A DNA stretch of 64,000 nucleotides, from positions 30,938,001 to 31,002,000 of the forward strand of contig NC_043008.1 of assembly GCF_006345805.1 (NCBI RefSeq). The letters run 5' to 3'. The notes below the pieces were generated by a model. The model was not told where the DNA came from, searched no databases, and worked only from the letters and a program-made list of their open reading frames with translations. This document shows, one piece after another, positions 1-13,450 of this stretch (positions are counted from its first letter, which is position 1; the number at the start of each line of letters is the position of its first letter). The translations under genes and the position numbers were made by a program. This stretch comes from Octopus sinensis (lineage: Eukaryota).

Positions 1-231
1 CATACATACATACATACATACATACATACATACATACATACATACATACATACATACATACTACATACATACATACATACATACATACATACATACATAC
101 ATACATACATACATACATACATACATACATACATACATACATACATACATACATACATACATACATACATACATACATACATACATACATACATACATAC
201 ATACATACATACATACATACATACATACATA
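1..231. repeat. (CATA)n microsatellite
   Basis: Direct reading of the tandem CATA units, with one interruption near 61. Confidence 0.98.
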
Positions 232-257
232 GGGAAGAAAAGCATCATAAACACAAG

Positions 258-511
258 ATGCAGTTTATACCATTTGGATATGGTAAGGCTTGTTTTTACT
301 GTACTGTTGCAGTACTGAAAGAGTGTGCTTGGAGGACCAGAATGGAAGGTTTTGTGACAAGGTCCTTCGTCTCTGGCCCCGGTTTGCTGTCTTACTTCAG
401 ATATCATCTGAAGAGCAAGATGGGGTTGGAGAGGAAGACCCTGCCCCGAGTGAATACCAAAAACGATGGAAGGATGTGATGAGAATGGTGGGTGTCAGTA
501 ACCCAGCTTAA
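258..511 (+). mobile_element. Probable C-terminal fragment of an L1/Tx1-type LINE ORF2, frameshifted
   Basis: Joining two frames gives VAVLKECAWRTR...GLLSYFRYHLKSKMGLER...EYQKRWKDVMRM*. This resembles the K-x-x-x-W-x-x-R ... F/Y-x-x-R-W end of Tx1/L1 ORF2. Recognised by eye. Confidence 0.45.
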
Positions 512-1005
512 TCATCGAAGAAAGGAAAAACTAGTTGCTGGACATTATAGGCTGCTGGGTTCGATTTTTGAACCTGCTATTCTGATCTCTAGTTTTATTA
601 TAATAAAAAAGTTCTCGTTTTAAAGGCAAAAGAAAGCCAATTATTCGTTTATTTCTCATTATAATTAATTTTTTTAAAGTTTCATTCGAACTCATACGAC
701 ATTTTTGTATTTTTTTGTCTTGTCCTTTTCTCATGATCATAATAAAGATCTCATGATCATAATAAAGATTGTATCTCTCGCCGAGTAGTTATTCTGTGCT
801 GTTGAACGGAAATAACCCAGAAACCATTGGTACACAGATATTGCTTTGAGCTGAGTTGGGACGCTGAACTCCTGTGTTTGAAAATATAATGAGGCAGATA
901 GTGTGTCGTATAGCTAGCAGGAGACAATGTTTCCTGCGGCTAAATAACAGTAATAATCGTCCTAACCAGGACTGCCACATTATGTTCGCAAATACTCTTT
1001 ACTCC

Positions 1006-1036
<31 letters not shown>

Positions 1037-1861
1037 TATCTTCGTCTATTTTTCTTTTTGTGCGAATTCTCCCTACATATATATATATATACCAAAATTC
1101 TTTTATTACATTAAATCATTTCTCAAAAGAATTATGTCGTTACTCTTTTTGTTGTGTATCCGGATGTCTGATGCAATGTGTTTACTTAAGTCATGCTCGT
1201 TGTCATCTGAATATATGTGTATATATACATGCTTACACCAATGAATTGCGCAATCCCATGTTATGGTGAATTGCACTTGCTGAAGATTTTCCGAAGTTTT
1301 ATCAAAGACTGAATCACTTGGTTGCGAGACAAATTCGTTCAACACGCATCCATGCCAGTGGGAACTTCGGAACGAGAACCGGGTGATGTACTTGTAACAA
1401 CCCAAAGTTGCAGAACCTCGATGTGATCGCTACACTTGCAAGAAATACAATCTAAATCTCTATCAAATCACACCGCTGTAGCTATGAAAAGAGGACACAT
1501 CAGATAATGGAGTGCTTGATATATGTGCGTAAAAGAGCGACAGAATATCTTTGATCATAAGTTTGCTCAACCAAAGCTAAGCAGAATTAAACAGAAACAA
1601 CAGCAATCGATGGCTTCAGTGATTCTACTGTTATCACACCACATGACTAATAATAGTAAATATTGACAGTAATAATAAACAGAGTTTCATTAAAGATTAG
1701 CTGAGATATTTGATGTTTATGTACAGCAGTCCATTACAAGAGGTGACTGATTGGTCGGAACCATTCATTGCAACTCTTTCGGGACGATCCTAATGGATTT
1801 GAACTTCCCACTTGCTAAATCGTATCTTCTCTTGGACAGAGAGGTCCAGTAGCAATAACTG

Positions 1862-1898
<37 letters not shown>

Positions 1899-3022
1899 TG
1901 AGAGAGAAAGAAAGAAAACATGAAAACATCGTCTTCCAAAACTAATCTCTTATTTATCAATAATTCTATACACGTTGGATATTTTCACTGGTCTACTGAA
2001 CTGTATACACATTTTCCATGTCTATTCACAGTTCGTCTACCCTACCAATTGTAGTTTTCTTTCATCTTTCTAACCGTTGAATCAGACCTAATTTTCTTTC
2101 CTGTACGATAGCAACATTAATTTCAAGAAATCAGCTAGCTGAAAATGAATCAAATTAAGATATTGCATTTTTTTTAATATTATTTTTTTCTAAAAAATTG
2201 TTAATTATAAATTTTAAAAGAAACGTAGAGAATAAACGAAAATAACTGGATTTAAAACAAAACAAAAATTACATTTCTGATTTGAAATAAAGTTTTAGAA
2301 ACTAACAACCACATTTAATAAACGCTGAACAGATCTCTGGAAGGAATGCAAATTTTGAACAAAATAGAACGAATTTGAATAACTTCCATGAATGACAAAA
2401 CGAGCTTCTTTTTTAAGTTTTATAATTTCCTAAGATATTTTTTTATCATTGTTTTAATTTTGAATACTAACAAAAAACAGGAAAATTTCAATTTGGATTC
2501 CATTAAGAATACACTTGTGTAATAACATATTATTTATAGCTGCATGATTTCTCCACCCGCTGTATAACCACATATGCCAGTAAAAATTTCAAAAAAAAAA
2601 GAAACATCTTCGCATCAAAAAGATAGCAGATACATGAAAATGATAAATGTTTGTGGTGAACGTCAAAATACAAAGGGCAAACATCCAGCAGAGTCCTCCA
2701 GGCATTTATATCATTTTTTTCCAGCAGCAGCTGTGATGAAGATTTAAAGAAATAGTTCCTGCTAGCAATGAAAACTGAGTCCCAACATTGCTTGCAGGTA
2801 GCTTAAAATTTTTCGGTTAAACAGAAACAAAACTATGAATTCAAGTACTGTTAAGTTTCATTTGTTGATAACCCCTAGCTGGTTCTCAAAAGACATTGTT
2901 ATAATCAAAAGCATTCCACTAGGAGCCATTCTTTCTTTTAACACTTTGGGCTAAATTATCTATTGTGGCCTTCACTTTTAAATTGTAAGATATAACTTAA
3001 TTGATATTTGGATGTATTTCAG

Positions 3023-3277
3023 TGTTGTAACGTAATTTGTTACTTACGATAAATAAGATAACCAGATAACAATAACAATAATATAACGTCCTAACAAATC
3101 TCTTTATGAACCAACAATCAATATTCTTTGTGAACTAACCAACCGACACCTTCCGACTTCACTCCGAACTAACACGACTCCAAACTCTGAAGTTTTGAAG
3201 TAACTTGGATCGTTACTGTTTATACTTTACTCAGACCAGTCAATCTCTCGCAAGAGGGCATCGTAATTCTCATCACG
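3023..3277 (-). repeat. 3' LTR of the Gypsy element
   Basis: Shares AACCGACACCTTCCGACTTCACT and flanking similarity with 7411-7647. Adjacent 3278-3290 reads CTCAAAAGGGAGA on - strand, a polypurine tract. Confidence 0.85.
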
Positions 3278-3879
3278 TCTCCCTTTTGAGATTTCGACTA
3301 CTGTGAGAAAGTGGAATGTCTTTTATTTTATTTTTTATTTCCAGCACCTCTCTCTCTCTCTCTCTTTGTTTTTTTCGTAGTTGTTGCATCTTAATTGTTG
3401 CCCGGCTTTTAAGGCAGTATTTTTCGTTACACACAGCACTTTTTCTTTTCGTTGCACTAAGCACTATTGATTTTTTAAAAATTTAATATCATTTTTTGTT
3501 TAGGTATTACTTGCAGATATTCAGTCTGTTTTCGTTTTCTGAAGCTAGTTCTACAAGGTTCAATATCTCTCAGTGCTGCTACTTCAAACATATTATAGCA
3601 GACTTTCATTGGTATTAACCTTTGTTCTTCTATGTCTCATCTTTAACAGGTTGAGGTATCTCTTATGTTCCGAACGTTGTCCTTTAATTAAATACATCAT
3701 GTTACATAAATCTTTTAATCACACAGCGATCCTCCAACTTTCTTTACTATTTTTGTAGTTTTTAAAATGAACTTTATCTCCTACTTCGAAATGTTTTGTA
3801 ATATTTCTTGTACTTCTTTCAAATATATTTTTGTCTTTCTTCTATATGTATTTTTTCCTCGCAATAATTCGATTTTATT

Positions 3880-6360
3880 TTACGCGCGAACATTAACTCT
3901 ACTGGTGACTTTCCTGAATTAGTATTTGGATTTCGGGTTATTCTATATGTTCTGATAAATTTCGTTAGTGCCGCGTCATTCTCTAGCTCGTTCCTAGCTT
4001 TTCTTAGAGCTATTTGACAAATCTTTCCGTTTTCTCATTTGACCTCGGGTGGTGGCATGTATTTTGCAGAAAATTCTTAATTCGTATCTCGTGAATTGTG
4101 TTCTATTATCTGAAACTAACGTAACTAGAACACGGTATCGAACAATTAACTCGAGTAGGAACTTTATTGTTGCCTTTGCTTTGGGTTTATAACATCTGCT
4201 TACCTCTGGCCACTTTGTATAGATTTCACAGCGATTAGATAATATGCGCCGTTCACTGGTCCAGCGTAATCGATATGTATCCTGGACCCTGGTCTCTCAG
4301 TCTCCAGCCACGATTGGTATTTTACTGGTGGTGCTTTGGCTGCCAACGCGCTACTTCTACATGCTTTCACCAATTTCTCGATGCCCCTGTCCATAGTCGG
4401 CTTCTCATTAAATCTTTTGTTGTGGACATTCCCGAGTGCCCACAGGGGAATTGTTGCAATACTTATTTCTGTAGTGCACTTGGTACTACTACTCTCTGCG
4501 CGTACATTAAGACATCATCGCATAGTGAGAAATTATATGAATTTGTATTTTTATAGTACTTATTTTTCAATGTTTCTTTCATTCTTTTAATGTAACTATC
4601 CTCTACGGATTTCATTTTTATACTATGCGCTGTCAGCGGAAGTTTCTGGATTATATTACACACAATACTTCTTACTTCATTTTCTGACTGCAGTGACGCT
4701 ATCTCGGTCTCTTTTAGCGATTCCACACTCTTGAGAATTAGCCTCGATAAGCAGTCTGCATGACCAATTTTCTTCGACGGAATATACTGTATCTTAAAAT
4801 TGTAGTTCAGCAATATTGTACCCCAGCATTGTAGTCGGTTCGCTGTATGGGTAGGCAATCCCTTCTTTGATCCAGAAATTGATAATAACGGTCGGTCGAT
4901 GGTCGGTTTGTAAGATAAAACTTCACTCATGTAAAAATTTGTGATTTTTCATTGCAAAAATAATTGATAGAGCCTACTTCTCTATCTGATTATGCTTTTC
5001 TCCGCTGCTATCAGCGAACGGCAAGCATGAACTACTAACTTCATATTTCCATCTTTATACTTGTGTAGCATGACTGCTTCTATTCCATGCTCTGAAGCAT
5101 CAGACGCTACAACAATGTCCATTCTAGGACCGAAATGCACTAGAGTCAAGTTAGAAATGAGTATTCCTTTTATGACTTCAAATGCGTTTTTGGCATTTTA
5201 CTGACCAATTCCATTTTACTTCTGTTTTTGGTAAATCGTTTAATGGTGCTCTCAATTTATGTATATTTGGAATGTACTGTTGACAGTAATTTACTAGACC
5301 AAGGAAATCTTGTAATGTCGGTATATTAGATGGAGGAGGTATACCCTTGATTGCATCTACGTTCGACGGGTCAGGATGTCCTCCATTCTTATCTATCATT
5401 TGACCTAGGTATTTGATTTTAGGCAAAAACAATTCACACTTTTCTTCATTGAGTGTGAAACCATAATCCTTAGTTTTTTTTAAAAACACACTTCACGTGG
5501 TCGATATGCTCATTCCGCGATTCGCTTTTGTTTAACACGTCATCAAGGTAAGGAATGGCAAATTGACAGTCTGCCAGCATCGCGTCCATCACCTGCTGAA
5601 ATATTGCAGGTGCTACCTTCAGTCCAGGAGACAGTCTATCGTATTTGTATAGATCTCTGTGTGTGTTGACCGATAACTGCTCTGAGCATTTTTTTTATCT
5701 ACTTTCATTTGTAGACATGCGTCAGAAAGATCGAGTTTTGAAGATATCTTTCCTTCGTTTAGTTTTGTAAAAATATCTTCTGGGGTCGGTAGTGGATAAT
5801 GGTTCATTTTTGAAAACCGGTTGAAAAATCGGCACACAATCTAATTTTACAATTTATCTTTTTTATAGATACAGTCGGAGCTGCCCATTTCGCGTAATCC
5901 ACTATTTCAAGGATTCCGTTTTTTTTCCAAAATACCCAACTCATTGTCCACTTACTTTACTGTCACAAAAGGCGCTTTCCTATTAGGCTTGAACACAGGT
6001 GTAATGTTATCATCTAATTCAAAACACGCTTCAGTTTGTGTGCATAGACCTAGTTTGTCCGAGAGTACTTGCGGACACATTTTTGAAAATTTTCACTTTA
6101 ACCCTTCAGATGAATTATATTTACAGGGACAACCCTTTACGTTTTTACAATAGAGATTTATGGGGAGGTCCCATAAATCGAATAATTCTAATTCGGTACC
6201 AAACAGATCAGTTGCATTTTTAACGACAAAGACTTTCGCTTCGAAAAAGATTTTCCCTCTAAATGTGACATTAGTCCACATTTCACCTATGAAATGTAAT
6301 TTGTCGCTCGTCACGCCACGAGCAGATTTCGTTGTTTTCCAGTATCCAATTGAAACTTAA
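3880..6360 (-). pseudogene. Gypsy pol pseudogene (protease-RT-RNaseH-integrase)
   Basis: ORF fragments 6093-6314 (DLFG protease end), 5619-5837 and 5178-5489 (RT: KIKYLGQ, FLGLVNY), 4463-4930 (RNaseH end: ANRLQCWG...GHADCLSRL) and 4200-4394 (integrase IHIDYAGP). Confidence 0.9.
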
Positions 6361-6601
6361 TATGTATTCCATTTATTTTTACATGTACGAATTTTTTTTG
6401 GGGGGAGTTGATTTTTGTTTCTGCTGAGAGCACTCTAGGATTTTTAACGTTTGACCTTCGTAATTTTGTTCTACAGTGTGAACTCTTGTGACCAATTCTT
6501 TTACAACTGTAACATCTTTGATTTTAAATGGAAAGTCTTTTCTGAAATGTATGCCCCCACATCTATAAAATGGATCAGGACGTGGCGCTCTTTTTTTGGT
6601 T

Positions 6602-7340
6602 TTACATTTCCGATCGGCTTATCTGTATTTTTGAGGAATCCTTTTCTTGAATTTTTTCTACATCGTGTTTCAGGTTTAATATCCTTTGGCATTCTACTGC
6701 CACAGATTGTAAAGTTAGATCTTGGTTCGCTTGTTCTAATTTAGAAAGAACTCTTGCTCGAATTTCTATATCTTTGCTTGCTGTAAGGCCTTGTAGGAAA
6801 ATAAGACACTTGAACATCTCAGATGTAAGTTGTTTCAGTTTAAAACGTCCACACATCCTGTTCACTGTTCCTGTGTATGTGATAAAATTATCATTCTCTT
6901 TTTTTCGTTATATTCCAACACTCCATTCGAGGGAATATGTTAGACATTAATTCTATTGTTTCCTTAAAACAAATTTCATTGGATTTTTTGGGCAATATGA
7001 AATTACAGTAACGTTCATGCTCTAACGGAACTAATTTTCGCAATAACAATTTCCCTTTTTGTTCATCCGACCATGATTTGCAATCTTGCTTAAAACTCTT
7101 TTCGTACCTTTTGTAGCACGATGCAAAAGTTATACCCTCCTCTGGGTTATAACTGAATTCATTAATCGATTTCGAAATGCCGTCTGCCGAAAACGAACTT
7201 GCCTCCTTTTTGGACTTCTGTGAATATAGCTCCAATAATTGTTGTTGTAGTTGTTGCTGCAATAGTTGCTTCTGCAATTCCTGTTGCTGCTCTAGTTGTT
7301 GTTTTTGCAACTGTACTATGGAGGCTAATAAGTCTTCCAT
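6602..7340 (-). pseudogene. Gypsy gag pseudogene
   Basis: ORFs 6891-7340 (Q-rich coiled N-terminus, F-x-Y-x-PEEGITF...LLLRKL...ERY-x-NFILP) and 6602-6865 (FKCLIF-x-x-GL...EIRAR-x-L), typical of K02A2.6-like gag. Confidence 0.8.
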
Positions 7341-7397
7341 TATTTAACAAGTTGTATGACGAGCAAGTTGTTAAATAACCTACAAGAGCTTCGAAAC

Positions 7398-7408
7398 CCT
7401 CGTCGCCA
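7398..7408 (-). promoter_or_regulatory. Primer-binding site, tRNA-Ser(GCU)-type
   Basis: The - strand reads TGGCGACGAGG, starting 2 nt inside the 5' LTR boundary. This is complementary to the ...CCUCGUCGCCA 3' end of metazoan tRNA-Ser(GCU). Confidence 0.75.
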
Positions 7409-7410
7409 GA

Positions 7411-7647
7411 TGCTGTAAAGTAATTTGCTACGTATAATGAATAAAATAACCAAACAGTAACAACAATGCAACGAAGTAACGAATATCTTTACGAACTAAT
7501 CAACCGACACCTTCCGACTTCACTGCGAACTTACACGAACTTCACTCGACTCCGAACTCTGAACTTTTGAACTCACTCGGATCATTACTATACATTACTC
7601 GAACCGTCTATCTCTGGCAAGGGGGAATTGTAACTCTCGTCACAACA
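7411..7647 (-). repeat. 5' LTR of the Gypsy element
   Basis: Begins TGTTGTGACGAG on - strand, ends ...TTACAGCA next to the PBS, and is homologous to 3023-3277. Confidence 0.87.
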
Positions 7648-7781
7648 GTTTACCCAAGGGAATTAGCAATATAACTCATATGAAATGGTTATAACCTGAT
7701 GGAAAGCGTTTCATAAAATTATTTTCTGTGGTTTTATTTTACTTTTATCACAATCATTACTACTACTACTACTACTACTAC

Positions 7782-7818
<37 letters not shown>

Positions 7819-8173
7819 ATCATTATCGTTATTATCTTTATTTTTTTGAATAACATGGAATTAAATGTTTCCGCTTTGTCTTTCGCTTAGTGGAATTAAA
7901 TCTGACGCCAGCTTTAACAGTACCGCTACCGCAGTCCTTAGCTGCCTTTAACTGAGTTTTTGACCCGTTGCAAATCCAGTTCAAGTTACTCTCTGATCTG
8001 AGGATAACTTCATCCCGTATTTTCACCAGATACGGAAACTCTAGAAAACGTCGTGTGCGCTGATCTTTCTCTTCTGACCACCATCATCATTATCACTTTC
8101 ATATCATCATCATCAACATCTGCAACCGCTAATGCTTAGTGTTTGTAGATGTGTGTACGCGCGCATGCACACG

Positions 8174-8215
<42 letters not shown>

Positions 8216-9517
8216 TGTGTGTGCGGGGCCGCGCACATGCGTAGAGACGGCTCATCCAACAATTCTTTCGATTAATCTCTATCATCTGCAGGCTCTTATT
8301 AATCGTTGCATCTTCAATACTATTATCTCCATAATATTATCAGCTCAGTTGTCGCTTTTGTTTTTTCAGTCTTCCTCTTGACCTACTTCAAGGATTTCTT
8401 TGAACAATCAATATTTTGTAACATGCACAAAACATTGAAGTTTCATTCCTGTCCGGTTCTTTTACAAGAAAAAGAGAATCTTTGGATAAGTTCACTACAA
8501 AAGGTTTTCAACTAGAACATGAAAGTAAAAATACAAATTGTTTTCATTCAAAACAAATGACTATGTTATGTAAAACAAAATATTATTGAGATAAAGTACA
8601 GGAAAAAAATATAACTTTTAATGTCATACGTTTAAAATTTTTTCACTCGGAAAATTTAAAGAAAAATTTACTGATTTTTAACTTGTTTACATTTCTCTAA
8701 AGAGACTTGAATCTTTTACTGTGGGAGAAACGTTCAGTTATTATAGTTTAAGATACTAAATGTATAAAGTATAAGAAGGAAGACACAATATTTAATGATG
8801 TTAAGGTTTTTTTACTCGTACATTACTAAGACACAGGGAAGAAATTGAAATCAGAACCTGAATTGTTACCCTACGTTGCGCTTAACTATTTTAATCATTA
8901 TTAATACTAATCTGTTGAGGCAGGCTGCCAAACACGTTAGCGCGTCTAACACATTGTTCAGCAGCGTTTTTTCCGACTCTTTACATTTTGAGTTCAGTTT
9001 CCGTCGATTTTGCCCTTCATTAATTCGCAGGCGATAAAATAAGTACCAGTAGAGCACTGTAATCGAATACCCCCCAGCCTCCTTCTTAAACTACTGGCTT
9101 TGTGCGAAAAATCGAAATATTTAATATTGATTTATTAGTTTCGCGCAATATTAATCAATTTATTTAAGAGTGTTGTCGATTAAATCGATTCCAGTACTTG
9201 AATTGTACTTTATTTTATCGATCACGGAAGGATAAAAGTCAACGTTGAACTGGGCAGGATTTAAATTGCGGACTTGAATACAATAACTAAATGCCAATTA
9301 TAAAATACTTTATTGTCACCGCAGGATCAAGATAAAAACAAATAATAATTCTCGCTGCTGTCTAAATTCAGAACGTACAGCAACGAAATAACAAACTGTA
9401 AAATAATTTTTATTTTGTTAATCGGTATCTCACCCATTTCCAGTACCCACTGAGTTCTTACCAGTCGCTTGTCAAAACCAGTACAGCGCTGGATAAAAAG
9501 CCTTCCAATATGTAGTA

Positions 9518-10092
9518 GGCGGTGAGCTGGCAGAAACGTTATCACGCCGGGCGAAATGCTTAGCGGTATTTCGTCTGCTGCTGAGTTCTGAGTTCAAATT
9601 CCGCCGAGGTCGACTTTGCCCTTCATCCTTTCGGGGTCGATTAAATAAGTAGCAGTTACGCATTGGGGTCAATCTAATCGACTTAAATCCGTGTGTCTGT
9701 CCTTGTTTGTCTCCTCTGTGTTTAACCCCTTGTGGGTAGCAAGAAAATAGGTATTTCGTCTGCCGTTACGTTCTGAATTCAAATTCCGCCGAGGTCGACT
9801 TTGCCTTTCATCCTTTCGGGGTCGATTAAATAGGTACCAGTTACGCACTGGGGTCGATATAATCGACTTAATCCGTGTGTCTGTCCTTGTTTATCCTCTC
9901 TGTGTTAAGCCCCTAGTGGGTAGTAAAGAAATAGGTATTTCGTCTGACTTTAAGTTCTGAGTTCAAAATCCACCGAGCTCGACTTTGCCTTTCATCCTTT
10001 CGGGGTCGATAAATTATGTGCCATTTGCATATTGAAGTCGATCTAATTGTCTGGCCTCTCCCCAAAAATTTCGAGCCTTGTGCCTAGAGTAG
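9518..10092 (+). mobile_element. tRNA-derived SINE (Meta-domain-like), tandem trimer of the body
   Basis: Head GGCGGTGAGCTGGCAGAAACG, B-box-like GAGTTCAAATTCC and core TTTCATCCTTTCGGGGTCGAT...AAGTACCAG. The body repeats three times, with junctions near 9750 and 9933. Confidence 0.85.
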
Positions 10093-10700
10093 GGTAGAGT
10101 ATTCTGAGTTAAAATCTCACCGAGGTAAATTTTGCTTTGTATCTCCTTGGGGCTGAATACGATTAATAACAGTCAAATACTGGGAGCTGCCTAAAATGTG
10201 TGGTCGTGCACGTAACTTAAACATTTTTGTGGCTATCATTGGTAAGAGCAGTGAATGTTTGAATGAAGAGTAGTAGACAAAATACTTTACAGAATTTAAT
10301 TGTATCTATTTTAGATCTAAGTTCGATTTCCATTGGGATCACAGAAAATATCTGCTACCAGTGAAGTACTGGGTAGGAATTTTGACAATTACGTCAAAGC
10401 ACACAATGTTTTGAACCTATGATATAAATCACATGTATAGCATATTAACTAGGTTAACACGTGATTAAGTTCCTCCAGTTGAATTTGTGTGCTTTTTCTT
10501 ACGTTCTCTTCAAACATCTGTTATATAAATTCTATTTATTCTATTAAGGCGGCGAATTGGTATAGTTGCTAGATCACCTAATAATATGCTTTGAGGTTAC
10601 TGTTCAGGCTCTCTACACCCTAATTTCAAAGTCCCTCAGTAGCAAACTTGCCATTCAATCCTTTGGCGTTGAAAGGTACCAGTCAAGTGCAAGAATCGAT

Positions 10701-10758
<58 letters not shown>

Positions 10759-13009
10759 TCTTTCATACACACCCACAACTCACTATCTCTCTTTACAAAG
10801 ACACACACACATACACACATATATAGTATCACTAACGTGAAGGGATCAAGACATGTGTGTTCACATCGTACCACCGTCAATCCTTCTACTGCTACTAAAG
10901 GGACAAGAGCAAGTTATATTCTGATGATGTCAGAAAAGAAGAGGGGAGTTGAATTGCTATATATCTTTCGCATTTAGAAGAAAACATTCATCTGTTATCT
11001 AATTTTTCGATTTTCATAGTAGGAATTCTTTTTCTGCATGGCTGGGTTTCCTGAGGTCACAGGCAATACCCACATTAATAGATACAGAACTCTTATTTAG
11101 AACGAGAGGAAAAGCAATCGAGATAGTATTTGCCAAAAGAAAATTCAATAAGCAAATTAATATTTCCTACAATATCACTGTCAGTAAAATGCATTAAAAG
11201 TACTAAAGTAGTACTGAGTACAACAACACCAATGGCAGTTATATTTTTAAAGAAAAATGCAGAGAAAATTGCAAAGCTAAAGGATAAAATCGATAACAGA
11301 AAAAAATTATACTTGCACGAACCGTAATTCAAGCATGCATTTGCACTTTAACAGGTTGAAAAATAGGGGAAAATGGTATAGTTATATGTCAGTAGGGAAA
11401 AAGGAATAAACTCTGAACCTAAACTGATAAAAAAGATCATATCATTTAGCTGTATGTTAGATAAGCTCCAAAAATATGGCTAAAGTTCTCAAACCACCTA
11501 TTAATGATGCGACTAGGAAATTATTTTCGTTAGTTGACATTTTATTTCCCTCTGATCAAAAGGATAAGAAAATTAACTTTGCGGTACAAGTCTCTGTTGA
11601 GGTTCACGTTAATACCTCAACACAGAGTCGGGCATAGCCCTAAAATTCCATAAGCACATTCTTTCCCCACTTCTAATTTAATAAGAAAAAAATCGTGAAT
11701 GGAAAGTGTTCGGCAATACTGTGAGAGAAAGACTTGTTTGTTAAAGTTTTCTTGAAAGATTTTATTTATCTCTTCTATATCAGAGCACACAAATGTCAAA
11801 ACTAATGAGGGGAATCATCTAAATGACGATACCAGAGGAATGCAAACCCACATGAATAGAGGACGGAAATCTGGAGTTTATTATTTGGAAGACATTCAGA
11901 AGCCAATCTTACTCAAAGATTTGTAACAACAAAAAACACAGTTTTCGATACACAAACGGTCTAACCAGAAGCAAAAAAGAACACAACTATCAAGGACAAA
12001 AGTAGGTTGCTTTAATTGTTTCTAGCTTCAGGGCTCATGCGGAAACGGAAGTTGTAAGCAGAAATCCCCTCCCTGTTTCTATCTATCTCTCTACCTATGC
12101 TTATCTCTATGCAACCGCAAGAGATGTCATTTAGAAAGAGCAACAAATTGTAGCCGAAGTTCATTTTCCAACACATCATAATTCAGCTAATCCCAATCGT
12201 GAAGTCTGATAACCACGTCATGAGTAGTAATCATAATCCATCGTTTTGGTCTCAGACTTGAACCTGTCGTGTGGGTGCTTTTAATGGGGTCCATTCTGTT
12301 CTTTTATCTGTGTTAAAATTATGATTCACTATTTCTTCCTTCCTTTCTAGCACCAGTTTCGATGAAAATGCAAAAGAGATATGGGTACAGCTTTTCATCT
12401 TCTGATTGAACCATAAAAATGAAAATAAGTGGAAGCAGGGTTTACATCTATGACTAGGAAAATAAAGGTCCTTCTTTACAAATTCTGTCAGAGTTTATGA
12501 TGGTAAGATGGTAGCAACTCAGCATTATTGAAGTAAATATATACCTGATACTGTTTAGTCTTTTCCTTGTGTTTTATCATTTTAAAATCTCTCCGAAAGT
12601 TATTTTTACTTTCATGAATTCTGGATCGATAAAATAAGTGCAAATAACATATTAGAATCAATTTAATCGACAATACACTTACTACTTCAAAACTGTTTTT
12701 TAATTCAATTAACTATTGACTTTTCTTTATCAGCGTCAACACTATATATTACTTTCAAGAAACTGGAAGTTGTGACATTCATGCTTTTGTCAATATCATC
12801 AATAGTGAAAGTGAATTGAATCTAGCCTAAAAATTAAAATTTATTGATATTTCACTTATTTAACCCATCCTTATCCATGCATCGTTTGTTAAATTAATTA
12901 TTATTCGACAAATTCTCAATTCTGTCTAATTATTTCGCATTCTTAATTAATAGCATCATGAGAACTTACTTTAGAACAGAAAATTAAATACTGCTATGGA
13001 TAATCTTTC

Positions 13010-13022
13010 TCCGTCTCTCTCC

Positions 13023-13076
<54 letters not shown>

Positions 13077-13345
13077 CTCTATCTCCTTTAACTATATGTC
13101 TGTTTGCCTATGCGTTTGACTGTTCATCTCCCTACCTGTGTATCTGTGTATGTGTGAGTATGTGTTTATATATATGTATATATTGCGATCTCGTTATGTG
13201 TATCTCTTTTGTGTTTCCATCACTCTCTCTTTCTTTCTCTCTCTTTCTCTCTATCTCTCGATATATATATACATATATATATATATATACATACACACAT
13301 ATATATATACATATATATACACACATATATATACATATATATATG

Positions 13346-13387
<42 letters not shown>

Positions 13388-13450
13388 TATATGTTACATT
13401 CTCTCTCTCTCACTCTCTCTCTCTCACTTTCTCTCTCTCTCTCTTTCTCT
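13010..13450. repeat. Compound (CT)n/(TA)n/(TACA)n microsatellite cluster
   Basis: Direct reading. Source of the YIYI/SLSL pseudo-ORFs. Confidence 0.9.

Larger units (their letters stand above)
3023..7647 (-). mobile_element. Ty3/Gypsy LTR retrotransposon (Mag/K02A2.6-like), degenerate, both LTRs present
   Basis: Direct repeats at ~3023-3277 and 7411-7647 with TGTTG/TGCTG...CAACA-type ends. Internal order on - strand is gag, protease, RT (YPLPTPEDIF, KLDLSDA, YLDD in shifted frame), RNase H, integrase (RIHIDYAGP). PBS and PPT are present. Many stops and frameshifts. Confidence 0.93.

Noticed and set aside
730-770. Short tandem duplications (20-mer here; 22-mer near 26828; 26-mer near 48367)
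   Set aside because: Ordinary two-copy slippage or repair duplications with no further structure.
12331-12420. Strong polypyrimidine-AG acceptor (similar ones at ~8370 and ~18486)
   Set aside because: No convincing donor or recognisable protein, and such tracts are common in AT-rich DNA. A host exon cannot be supported without RNA-seq.
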